The translations under genes and the position numbers were made by a program. This document shows positions 49,701-61,308 of a DNA stretch of 64,000 bases, piece by piece. This DNA comes from Diadema antillarum (taxonomy: Eukaryota), in NCBI RefSeq assembly GCF_040938485.1, contig NW_027271431.1:2852001-2916000 (forward strand), written 5' to 3'. The notes under the pieces are model-generated. The model saw only the letters and a list, made by a program, of their open reading frames with translations, had not been told where the DNA came from and ran no database searches. The stretch's first letter is position 1, and each line of letters starts with the position of its first letter.

Positions 49701-50349
49701 TGGAAATGCAAAGCTCAAATACTGTATACGCCATATTATATTATAAAGTGCATCTAATTTCTCATGAATCAGGACTTGGTTAAATTAGTGATCATGGGAA
49801 TGTACCTGAGACAGTAACAATCAGAGAATATTTAGTACACATGCACATTGCATTCATTTTGGGATCAGCGTTAATAGCTTCACTTGTTGTTAAATTTGTG
49901 AACAGCATCCAACTTGCATTTGAATAAAACACTGTAAAATACATGGCATATGATATACAGCCCTAGAATGCTGCTGATATTTTGTCATCATGAGAAGAGA
50001 CATCAAGTCAGACTGACTAATAATTCTTTTTGCAACCAAGCTGCAATTGGTAAAGAGCACTGTCAAATGAAAATCTGAATGAGTGAAAGAAAAGTAGAGG
50101 ATTTTGTGAGATCAACAAAACAACAGTGCACATGTTAGAATGGACCTCTTGCTAAGCTTGGGGATCTTCCTATCTTGCGGGATAATCAAGCAGTGACGGT
50201 ATTAACTGTCTGCTGGTGCCCTTACCTGTCGGCAGTCCCAGTACAAAGTACTTGTCTGCAGATGGGTTGAACTCCAGGATCCTGTTGCGGACATACTTGG
50301 CAGCCCACTCACTGGCCTTGCTGTAGTCGTCGAGGATTACCAGTCTCAT
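43703..50349 (-). CDS. GNPDA1: Glucosamine-6-phosphate deaminase/isomerase (co-ortholog of GNPDA1/2), 281 aa. Exons: 50349-50226, 48188-48087, 47618-47436, 46518-46334, 43954-43703
   Basis: [24 protein letters not shown]...LGLPT|GSTP...TFNMDEYV|[15 protein letters not shown]...ELFIG|[16 protein letters not shown]...KE|[21 protein letters not shown]...[20 protein letters not shown] introns, 846-nt frame intact. Confidence 0.98.
43961..46166. repeat. 23-bp minisatellite GGGACAAGGGATTCTCAGAGATA (~16 units: 43961-44068 and 45906-46166) split by a transposon
   Basis: Units read directly on both sides of the 44069-45905 insertion. Confidence 0.9.
44069..45905. mobile_element. 1837-bp non-autonomous pogo/Tigger-like DNA transposon in GNPDA intron 4
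   Basis: TA|CAGTGAAACCCCGTTATAACGAG ... CTCGTTATAACGGGGTTTCATTG|TA (23-bp TIR, 1 mismatch). Multiple subterminal (G/A)TATAACGAG-type repeats; no transposase ORF. Confidence 0.92.
46805..47011 (+). mobile_element. CTGTAAAA-family MITE, TA TSD, youngest-looking copy
   Basis: TA|CTGTAAAACGAGG ... CATGTTTTACAG|TA; all TTCGCGAA palindromes intact. Confidence 0.9.
48731..49696 (-). mobile_element. Helentron-associated element (HINE) with five ~142-159-bp tandem core repeats and a (GGAC)n microsatellite
   Basis: Minus strand: TT-AATTGTCCCCGCCGAA 5' subTIR with hairpin, (CCGT)n, core repeats (GTAGCA at 48781, 48940, 49099, 49258, 49400, 49548), 3' subTIR GGCGGGGAC, TTACGC-ACC-GCGTAA stem-loop, CTTGT-TT end. 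Confidence 0.8.
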
Positions 50350-50527
50350 TTTGGGAAGGTCTGTGATGGGATGGGTCTCTTATAATGACGGTCTTTTAAC
50401 CACGCTTGTCTGCAGTGAGAAGTTTGGGGCCAGTTTGTGATAACTTTGAGAATCTTCATGAATGTTCATTGTGAATATCATATAGAACTGGGCTTAGAAA
50501 TGTAAATCTTATGTGAAAATTTGGAAT

Positions 50528-50903
50528 TTACAGTTCTGGTCGAGGTGAAGATTTAGCTTTTAACGTTTTGTGAGATATTCAGAAACCACTCTATGAGATG
50601 TCAAAGAGCATGCAGTTCAAAGGGGTATCAAAAGTTTGTTTGATGAAAATCGGTTTTGAAATGGCTGAGATATCCAAAACCAAGGTGAAACAAAGAGATA
50701 CTTATAAAGTTGGGGCATGTCGCCTTTTATTATTAGCACTTTTTTGGATATCTCGGCCATTTGAAAACCAATTTTCATCAAACAAACGTTGAATCCTTCT
50801 TAAAATTACACGCTCTTTCATATTTCAGAAGAGGCTTTTCATTATCTCACTTAAGAATGTTCAAAACATGAATTCCTACCTCAACCAGTACTGTACAGTC
50901 CCT
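50528..50903 (+). mobile_element. Second copy of the Kolobok-like MITE (left end eroded)
   Basis: Right end CTCAACCAGTACTGTACAGTCCCT|TTAA matches the 33609 end; body alignable. Confidence 0.8.
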
Positions 50904-51633
50904 TTAAAGTGCAATGTTGATACATCTCACAACATGAAAAAGTTGGATAATGAACTAATTTGCCCATCTCATTGTGAAACACAATTACAACATATATCAT
51001 CTCAAGATAACTTTAAGGAGCAGCTGACACTAGGTATTTCTGTAAAATTCCATGGCTGCAGGTTGTGAGGAGAGATCAGACATGTAAACTTATATTCTTT
51101 ATTGAAGAGATTGAGATTGACAGTCATAGACAGACATTTGCAAATTGACCAAGAGTAAAATACACCCAGTTAGCATGCCAGCAGGGTGCCTATTTCTGGC
51201 AGGGGCACTTTCATTCATCAACAGCTATTAAATGAACATCATGTGTGCTTAGTCCCACTTAAGAACACAAGCAGGAGTTACTCGCAAGTGTTAGGGGAAG
51301 CAACACCTGATCTGATTGGGCCTTTAAATCGAATGAATGAAATGCCCTGCCGCAAAAAGGCACCCTGTGCAAAGCCTGCTGCAAACAGAGTGTTTTACTC
51401 TATTCAAGTCAGTATAAACTTACAATATTCTCTCCTTGATTATCTCTAAAAAGGCTGTTAAGATGAAAAAAATAATCCTCTCAATAAGAGAAAAACATTG
51501 CAGCATTAAAATGAATTTTAGGGTGTTTAGTGGGGAAACAATATGTGGCTTGTGTTACATGAATTATTTCACTATCAGAGAATAGACTAGACCCCTAACA
51601 GTTAATGGTTAGTTTAGCAAGGGTTAGTTAGCA

Positions 51634-51928
51634 TTATAAGATGGCCAAGTAATTTCCAGCTTGCTGATTGGTCAAAGCGTACCACGTGATCATTCGCGAA
51701 AAGTGTCTATCCCTGCACGCCCGTGGGATTTTCGCGCACCCAAATTGTCTAATCCACAGTTACTTAGTATTCGGCACAAGCTGGGATAATCTCGGAGAAA
51801 GCCTACTCTGGACCATTTTCCAACGGTAAGTACAATTTCAAAATCTTTGATATTTGATTTATTTCATTATTTCTTTCTCATACAAGGTATATTCACCTCG
51901 CGTTTGAAATTACTTAGCCATCTCATAA
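51634..51928. mobile_element. MITE with 22-bp TIR
   Basis: TATAAGATGGCCAAGTAATTTC vs reverse complement TATGAGATGGCTAAGTAATTTC (20/22). Confidence 0.75.
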
Positions 51929-52106
51929 AAGGAATAACGCATTTTCCCGTCGTTGTTCAGAGATATGCAGTGCACTCGAGGTTTCTTCTTTGCATGCACA
52001 CTCCACACTCGCCTCTGCTCTGGCTCGTGTGGAGTGCGCATGCTCAGAAGAAACCTCTTGTGCACTGCATACTCCCTAAACAACTCCGCGGAATGCGTTA
52101 TTCCTA
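51929..52106. mobile_element. Foldback MITE (almost entirely palindromic)
   Basis: AGGAATAACGCATT/AATGCGTTATTCCT, TATGCAGTGCAC/GTGCACTGCATA, GAGGTTTCTTCT/AGAAGAAACCTC and CACTCCACAC/GTGTGGAGTG nested inverted pairs. Confidence 0.75.
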
Positions 52107-52304
52107 TATTAATTTATATACAAATTAGATCCTTTACCATTGACATTGTTTAAAACAGGAAATGAGCACGATGAGCAATATGATGAGTGTAGATGACATA
52201 CACATACTTTTTCTATAGCCTAAATTAAATGTTTACACTAGCCAATATATGACTACGAAAGTACTTCCAGGCACTACTTAGTACACCACCGGTACCACCG
52301 GTAC

Positions 52305-54770
52305 CTTTGATTACACACCTCCCTGAGTGTGCCTTATATAATTTGTTACGAATTTTCAATCTTATTTGGAAAACATCTGTGCTGCCACAAGGATGGACCC
52401 ATTCAATCATCAACCCAATTCTGAAACAAGACTCAGACCCATCAAAACCCTCGTCATACAGACCAATATCTCTGACTTCGGTGATGTGTAAGTTGATGGA
52501 ACGTATGATTAATAACAGATTGTTGTGGATAATAGAGAAATATCAGTTATTATCCCCTAATCAGTTTGGTTTTAGAAGTCATAGAAGCACAATGGACGCG
52601 ATCGTTAGTTTAGAAAATGATGTACATAAAGGTTTGGTAAATAAGGAATATGTTATATCTTGTTTTTTGGATTTTGAAAAAGCTTATGATGTGTTGTACA
52701 GAGAAGCAATTATTTATAAGATGCAAAAGATGGGTTTCCGTGGAAGAATTATTACATGGATACATAGTTTTTTGAATAACAGAACAATTCAAGTTAAGCT
52801 TAACAACGTTTTGTCTGATACATTTGTGTCTGACTATGGTTTACCTCAAGGCAGTGTTATCAGCCCGACATTATTCAACATAATGCTGAGTGATTTGAAT
52901 GATGGACTAAACAAGGTTAATGCCTCCTTGTACGCTGATGATGTAGTGATATGGTGTGTAAATAAAAATTTTGATTTTTGTGTGAAGAAAGTTCAAACAG
53001 CTCTTGATTTTATATCTGAATGGTGCCATAATTGGGGCATGATATTATCAACGAAGAAGTCATGTGCTGTTGTATTTAGCAACAGAAGAATACCAAAGGC
53101 ATGTATTAGATTAGGTACTGAGCCCATGGAAGTTAAAAAGGAGTTTAGATATCTCGGTGTGTGGTTTGATTATAAGTTAACCTGGCAGAGTAATATAGAA
53201 TCAATTATAACAAGATATAAGAAAAGAATGAATTTGCTGAGGAGTTTAGCTGGCACTGACTGGGGAGCTGATACAGCAACTTTACTTGTAGTTTACAGAG
53301 CACTTATTCGATCTATTTTGGATTATGGGTGTATTGTATATGACTCAGCCCCTAAATATCAAAAGGATAGATTACAATCAATTCAATATCAATGTTTGAA
53401 GATCATCACAGGAGCCGCTGTAACTACCTCAACTGATGCACTCCAAATAGAGTGTAGGGAGATGCCCCTGGATTTACGAAGGCAATATTTTACTGATTCA
53501 TTTAAATTCCACATTCAAGCGCAAAATGCGAATCATCCTTTGAAATCACTCCTGTTACCTTGCTGGCAATACGAAACATGTCACTGGAAAGCTGGCAGAG
53601 AACCAGTTGCAATGAGATTCACTACTTTAGATGAAAGCATTGAACATTCTAACAGTTGTATTAGAGGTATTCCTTTTTGGCACTTGGTTGCACCACATAT
53701 TTCTTATTATATTAAGAAAAGAATAGCCAATAAGAAAGATGTTAATGAGTATGATTTGCGAGAGATGATGTTAGAGTATATCAATAATGAAAGGAAAAAT
53801 TTTTTAACGATTTATACAGATGGTTCTTCCAAACAAGAGAATAAAGTATCTTCTTCTGCTTTTTATGTACCACAATATAAATATGGTAAAGCGTTCCGGA
53901 TCCCTCCCGTTTCAGTATACAGATCGGAACTCATAGCCATCCTAATGGCCCTGGAATGGTTAGAAGTGAACCATATAATCCAAACACCTGTGTTGATCTT
54001 AACTGATTCTTTATCTGCATTACAGGCGATAGAACATCGAGATTCTTCTTCTGTTGTTTTTGAAATTCTGTGCAAAATTACACATTTATATAGAAAAGGC
54101 ACAAATTTGTTTTTTGAGTGGGTCCCCTCTCATTGTGGAATATCAGGTAATGAGAGAGCTGATACTCTTGCCAAATCAGGACTCGCACACCAAGAAGTTG
54201 ATTTGCAAGTCTCTTATACGGTGACAGAATTACGTGGTTATATGCTGAATTTTTACACCGGGATCTGGTGTACGAGATGGGAAAATTCACAACATGGAAG
54301 GCATCTTTATACCATTCAGCCTACACCATATACGAAATTTAAATCATTCTGTAAAAACAGAAAAGACGAATGTGTATTACATCGATTAAGACTTGGAAAA
54401 TGTAGGCTTAATTATTATTTGTGTAAAATAGGAAAACACGATAATGGACAATGTGATACTTGTAAAGAACAAGAGACTATCTCTCATGTTCTGATGTATT
54501 GTAAAGAATACTCCAGAGAACGAAAGTTTTTATGCAAACGTCTAAAGATATCATCTGATGCTCTCACATTACAACATTTGCTCCAAAATGACGAACTCCG
54601 CCAAGAATGTGTTTTATTCTTTTTGAAATCCACGGGCATATATGCCAGAATATGATTTTTTTTTTCTTTCAAGAAACATATTTATCGGGGACTGATGTGT
54701 CAAGTCTCATTTCATCTCCTCTGTGTTCTTTTCTCTTATTTTCTTATTTCTACCTAATGAGAAGATAATC
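52305..54770 (+). mobile_element. 5'-truncated I-group LINE (I/Nimb/Ingi-like) with uninterrupted 782-codon ORF2 fragment: RT + RNase H + CCHC knuckle
   Basis: ORF 52307-54655: [30 protein letters not shown]; RNase H IYTDGS / ELIAILMAL / LTDSLSAL / WVPSHCGISGNERADTLAK; CDTCKEQETISHVLMYC. 3' boundary approximate. Confidence 0.93.
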
Positions 54771-54826
54771 AGGAGGAATAGTATATAACGTAACATCATT
54801 GATGCACAGCACAGCACTGCACTTAC

Positions 54827-55420
54827 CCGCTATTGGGCTTGTCTGTTTGTATTTTGTGTTTAGAATTATAGCTAGGTAATATGTTTTGTATTGCATGGTG
54901 TATACAAATCGGGAAACTGTATCGCAAAATAATGTGTTGGGTGGAGCGCCCTCGTTGCAAATGAGTGGTCTAGGTCATGCGCGATCGGCTGAGAAGCCTG
55001 CTCAACATTACCGAGCCGGGCTGACCAGATTTTGCGAGCCTTTTACGAGGTGCTTTTCTCTATCTCAACCTTTATGCGTACAGATTGCTCCCCGCGCTTA
55101 ATTATAATCATGATTATTATTTTACTTATATTACAATGGAATTATTATTCTTTCCGTTGTCGAAAAATGAGTGTGAATTTCTTTTATATATGAGATAAAA
55201 GGCGTAAATATTCAATATTGAATGACGCGCCTTTAAGCACCAACAACAACAAACAACAAGTTGGCACAACGTAGTGGTAGTGACTGGGGCCAGCAATGAA
55301 GGGGCGCAGCGATGCATACTGTGGCCGACTGACTTACATTTTGCCACAGCCTAGCACCACTTCAATTCAGCTTCCTTGTTTGGCGATGTACACGTGGGAC
55401 TATGACTCAGGAGCAGGATT
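54827..55420 (-). other. Candidate non-coding first exon(s) of GNPDA (donors AGCGG|GTAAGT at 54827 and AAAAT|GTAAGT at 55337; acceptor CATCACAG|ACC at 50360)
   Basis: The ATG exon has an acceptor 11 nt upstream of the start codon, so an upstream UTR exon is implied. Two perfect GTAAGT donors lie next to the CpG-rich region. Confidence 0.55.
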
Positions 55421-55835
55421 TATTTAAGATGTGTCCCTATCATCAGGCTGCTGCAGCAGCTTGGTATTTACATGAAGCTTTAACGATGTCCCAGACTAAG
55501 GCTACCCAGACGATCCCACCACAACTTCGGCTTTCGGCTCTTGCGTACTGGTAATCGGGCTGGTAGTTGATGTCGGAAGCCAACTCAGCTCAACGACCGA
55601 GCACCTCCCCTCGTCGCTTCTCACCAATACGGTACCACGTGGACAGGGAAAGTCGCGTGCTTTACATGCCTGCGCAGCTATCTGCCACCGCCGCGTCGCC
55701 CCTGGCCTCGAGCGCGCGGTGGGCGCCGGGCTCGATAGGAGCGGCGCTGTACCCGAGACGGATTCCCCTTAGATTCCAGTGTAGTCACCTCAATCAAGTC
55801 TACTAGGCGTTTCGTAGCAGCAAACAGTCGAAGAA
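55340..55835. promoter_or_regulatory. Putative bidirectional CpG-rich promoter shared by GNPDA (-) and RRP8 (+)
   Basis: Among the most GC/CpG-dense host sequence in the window. CCAAT (~55624), E-box CACGTG (~55637), NRF1-like TGCGCA. About 500 bp between the GNPDA UTR donor and the RRP8 ATG. Confidence 0.7.
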
Positions 55836-58800
55836 ATGAACATGACTTTCTGGACCCTAGATGGATCAAGTACATGGCAAGAAGACGATCTTTCAAATGA
55901 GCTGCATGATGCCTTGTTCAAGGTTAAAGAATCTACCCAGGTATGAAAGCAACACAACAGTGATTTCAGCTCAGTCCCATCCCTTAAAGATAATGTCTTG
56001 CTCGTTTTTATAACTGCGTCCACATGTATCAACATACTATCTGATCTAGAACTATCAAAATAATGATGGTAGGCCGGGCTGCGGCTAATTAATAACAATG
56101 AAAAAAAAATCTGGCATTTATATGACAGACATGGTGACAGGTCGCCGTCGTTTAGGATCACCAAATCCCCCCCCCCCCCCCCCTGCAGTGAATACGGCTT
56201 TGCAAAAATTGTAGAAAATTGTGTTCATGTGTAAATATACCAGTAAATTTATGGTACAATAGCAATACCACTGCAAATGTGTCTTTCTAGTTTGAGAAGT
56301 GTAACTTTTGTGGGCTTGTGTGTGATGTGTATAGTCCTACATTCATTGTATGTGATGTAAAGTAATTTATGCTTTGAACCTGTCTTGGATGTGTAAACTT
56401 ACACTCTGAAATTTATTGAGAGATAGACCAATATATGCCAGAAATAAAATGCTGGAAAAAAACCAAGGCTGTACTTGTGTCCCACATAACAAAGGTTTGC
56501 TCTTTGTCTTCAGTAAGTTCAGTACAAACCACAGTATGTCAACAGCTAAAGTGATATTAAATCTGGCATTGTCACAGTCATACATATTACTTGGAACTTT
56601 AAACTACACAAAAGTACCTTAAAATGTAAATTTACATTTTCCATCACTAATGAATATCCTTTCATATCCATGTAGGCTAGCTATCTCAAATTATACTAGA
56701 CCAAATTATGCAAAAATCCCGGGAAATACTATATGGCTAATTTTCGATCAGTCATGTAAATTTAAACCAAATTGGTTGTCCAGAAGTATTGACATCAATG
56801 TCACATTTCATGTCATTGCTCAAAACAACTCCCTCTTTGTGAACAATCACGGTGTATGCTGCCTGCACAATCTAAAACTGAAGTTAGCCATCTTATATTA
56901 TGGGATGTATCTTTTGTGTGACCAAAAGCTAAAAAAACAATGTAGTGCCTACCAATGTCTTGGTGCATCTTTTGGGCATGCAGAATTTGAAATATCTACA
57001 TGGCTACAAAAGTAATATAGGCACATACCTTTACATTCTAGATCAACAGACCGAAAATATCAAACAACAGATTCTATCTTGAAATCTAGTGTTGAAAAAG
57101 ACATCGAAAAAAAAAATGGTTCACTTAAATGGAAAAAAAATAAAAATCTTGTCAAAGTAGAGCCTGTGATCATGTGAGGATGAATTATTTAAAACATTAT
57201 TGTACTTTCTGGTCAGTTGCTATGCAGTTCAATATGCTGAAGAGTTCATTCTTTGCCTTTCTTTACACAGGTCAATAGAAATCAGAAAAAGAAAAAGAAG
57301 AAGAGAAAGGTTGAGACGCAGACTGCTGAGGACCTGGCACCATCACCAGATGATAGGGGTACGCAACAAGAGGATAAGTCTTTGAGTCAAAATATTAAAA
57401 GCAGTAAGAAACAGAAAAAGAAGAGGAACTTGGGAGAGATGGGTGCCTCAGAGAAAGTTAGCAAACGGGACAAAGCATCTCCTGGCTCAAAGGAGAGCTT
57501 TCCAAGCACCACCAATCAAGATTTGTGGAGTGTCAAAGATGGGGAGATAATTACTTTGCTAAAGGAGCCAAGCACGATAACAAAGAATACTGAGACCAGT
57601 CTCAAACAAAATACACATGAAAAAACCCCAGAGCAGAAGCAAGTGAAGAAGAAACGAAAGAGGAAAGCAAGAAAAAATAAATTCAGGGTTGAATCAGAAC
57701 AGGTGGGGAAAAGTGATTGTGGAGATGAGGAAAAATTTAAAGCAAGTGAAGTTCAGCCTCAAAATGGACTGCATTCAGAGGCTAATAATGCCTCCACAGA
57801 TTCAAACCCCAGTCTGTCTAGAAAAGAGAGGAGAAAGTTGAAGAGAAAACTGGCAAAACAGCATCTTCAGGACCAAAACCCAGAGAGTGGAACCCCAAGT
57901 AAAAAGATGAAGAGAACTAGCGACGAGCTAGAGGTAAAACCACCCTCTCAGCATGAAGAAAAAGTTGTCAACAAGGATGAGGATTCCAAAAGCAATGAAG
58001 TAGAAAGTGACAGTGGTGGCGGACTTATCTTGGTGAAGTCAAAAAAGTCTTTAAACTTGAAGTCCAGTCTGAAAACAGAGATGGAATCCCAGTTGAAGTC
58101 GTCCCAGTTCCGTCTCCTGAATGAACATCTGTACAAAGTGACTGGTAAGGAGGCTAAGCAGCTGTTTGCTGGTGACAAGGCTGCTTTTGTCACCTACCAT
58201 GAAGGCTTCACCCAGCAGGTCGAGCAGTGGCCAGTCAACCCGGTCGATGTTATCATAGAGGTGTTGAAGAGGAGGTGAGTGGTCGGTTTTTGTGTCTTGA
58301 TAATTGCATGACATCTGGAATGTATGAACCATGAAATGTACATTGTGCCTAAAAACAGCTTGAAAATCAGTTTGTTGAACTTTTTAGTACACCAGCTTCA
58401 AATGGGGCAAACTGTTGAATATATATATAATATAATATATATATAAGCGTATGACCTAAAAATGTTTAATATTCCTTATTAACACAGTGTGTTGTCTTAT
58501 AGCACAAAAAGATTACTACAGTACTTATAGTTAGAAACAATGTTGTTGTAAGAAATTGTGGCAGTCATTCTGTGATATTTTATCTGGAACTAGCAATTCA
58601 TTATACAATACCTGAATTCCTTAACTTATAATAATATAATGGATATATTAGATGAACTAAATTTTAAAATCAAACATACAACTTTATTGTGGTAGTGGCA
58701 AATCTTACAAACGTCATAACCACAATTACGTTCGAATTGAAATAACTTACGAACAAAATGAATTTGTTTTGTTGTTGTTGTTGTTGCATAACTTTTGATC

Positions 58801-61308
58801 TTGATTTGAAAATTTCTTTCACTCTTGTAATTCATTATGCATGATCTAATGTATTGACTTCATATTTTTCTGGTTAATTTAATCCTTGTGTCTACAGACC
58901 AGCATCACAAGTGGTAGGTGACTTTGGATGTGGAGATGCCAAGATTGCTCGCTCTGTCAGGCAGAAAGTTCATTCATTTGACCTTTACCCTATCAACAAA
59001 CATGTGACTGTCTGTAATATTGCCAAGGTAATTACCAGCAATTTCCTCTAAAGAGTTCTTCAGTTGTTCACTGTGTATGCTGTCAGGGGATTAGTTTAAA
59101 TTCTCTTAGTCACCATCATTTAGCCCAGTATAATTTTGTACAGTATTTAGTTGTTCTAAAGCATTTTTTTTAAAACCACCTGATAGTATTACCATGTACT
59201 GAGAAAAATTGGAGGGCCCACCTGTTACTGTACTGCAGGCTTACATTGCATTACCTCAGATTAAATCTCTGTTTTTGGGAGGGAAGTGGTTTTTTGTGGG
59301 ATTAATTCAACCAGAATGGGCTGAAATGTGTTGTCATAGTAATTCTAAAGAGGAAAATGTAGTGTTAATTTATGTTCAAGTCATTGGGAAAACTTTTACA
59401 GTGATGACATCATCACCTCTAATTTGCATACATGTCGGCAATGGATATTACTGTTTTGTGAAAACAAGTGCATCTTTAAATTCCCCGAACAGCCTTGTTT
59501 GTATCGGTTTCATTTTACTCTGTGTATTCAAGTCAACTGTAACATGAAGTGTATTTATACTTTGATTGCCCATGTATCAAGACCTAAATATTGGTAAAAG
59601 TTTAACACCCCAACATGCACTCAAACATTAGATTACTTTTGAATGAAACTTTGATATGGAATGTGTGAATTTCTTTCCCTGTGCCATTGACTGTGATTCA
59701 TAGAGTTTGAATGCTGATATAAATTGCTGTAACAGGTTCCACTGAAGCCAAGCACCCTGGATGTGGCAATCTTCTGTCTCTCTCTGATGGGTACGGACTG
59801 GATTGACTTTGTGATGGAAGCCAACAGAACACTCAAACAAGGGTAGGTACCTTACAAAGTGTTTTCTTTTAGTTTGCATTTCCAACTGACATTTCACTGC
59901 ACAAGTCAGAGAGATATTTCTATATATTTTTTTTTTTATTGCTAGTAGCCATTTCTTATAATAGAAACATTCCACATCATGGTGTTTGAAGTACTAGACA
60001 TATATACACAATGACCCTTATTACGGGAATCAAACCTAAACCTTCAGTGCAGGAACTGCATTCCCTATGGGGCATACAACCAGACCTCTTCTGGAGCAAA
60101 TATGCCAAATCTAACCACAGTAACATTCATTTTTTTTTTCTGGGTGCACTTTCCACTCATAGTCATATAGATATATGTATAAGCTGTCTTAACTTATGGA
60201 CAGAAATGCAATGGCAGGGATTGAACCCTTGACTTGGTTTGTTTGTTTGGTTTTTACTAAAAGCACAGTAGTGCACAAACCATTAGTCCAACACACTTTC
60301 AGAGTGCTGTTTTTATTCACTCTACAATATATCATTATGATTTGTTACCATGTGTGCACCTGGTACAGGAGCTGTAAGATGACAAGTTATGGTTAAGAAG
60401 ATATGTATGACAAAAGGACTACCCTAGATGACCTTTAACCTTTCTTTTCAGTGGTCTCCTAAAAGTGGCAGAAGTAGCCAGCCGCTTCACCTCACTGGCC
60501 TCCTTCTTGTCTGTGATGAAGACCCTGGGCTTCCATCTCAAGTCAAAGGTAAGGAGAATCATTCAATGTCATTTACAATCTGTTTAGCTTCCTCTCCATA
60601 TTCCTCGTTACCAGGGCATAGAGCTGGTTCTCCATGTGGACCTGTTTCATAAAATGGGCACTTGCCATTTTACCTTGCATTACTTGCAGCTACCATAGCA
60701 GCAATCAAAATCTTCACAGATGGTCCGATATTAATTGTCACTTACTGCTGCAGAAACTAATCACTGAAGGTTGGAAATGCCACAAGGACAGTAGATGAGA
60801 AGAGAAGTTTAACGGTATTAAAAAAAAGTTCCTTATCAATGGCCATGTACATAGTTGTCATGATTTGAAAAGAGCCGATATCTGTTTGCACAAGAAGTAA
60901 CAGCCCTCTCAAGTCTGTCATTTCTATGTCTTTTGTTTTGAAGACACATTAAAGAAAATAAACTTTTAGTTAGTTCAGGTAGGCAGAATCTCTATGCTTC
61001 TCTTGGAGTCAGCAGAGCCTTCCAGAGAGGTCTACCATGTCATATACCAGGTATTTGAGATTTGGTAAAGGACTCCTTTGCCCCTCAAGAAAGAGCTATT
61101 TGAATTTTTGTTGACTGTAAATTGTACTGTATGTACTTTATACAGTGGAACATTTATGGATTAAGGATTCTTTATGTCGATTTTAATTCCACAGGACCTC
61201 TCCAACAAGGTGTTTTACCTCTTTGACTTCAAGAAGAGACATGCTCCAACTTCAGCACCTTTACCCAAAGGTGTCATCTTGAAACCCTGCCTATACAAGA
61301 AGAGATAG
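55836..61308 (+). CDS. RRP8: Ribosomal RNA-processing protein 8 / nucleomethylin (25S/28S rRNA m1A methyltransferase), ~518 aa. Exons: 55836-55940, 57271-58274, 58898-59027, 59736-59842, 60452-60548, 61195-61308
   Basis: Lys-rich N-terminus, [32 protein letters not shown] motif [31 protein letters not shown], terminal LKPCLYKKR*. Phases consistent. Exon 1 (ATG 55836 or 55842) is less certain than the rest. Confidence 0.95.
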
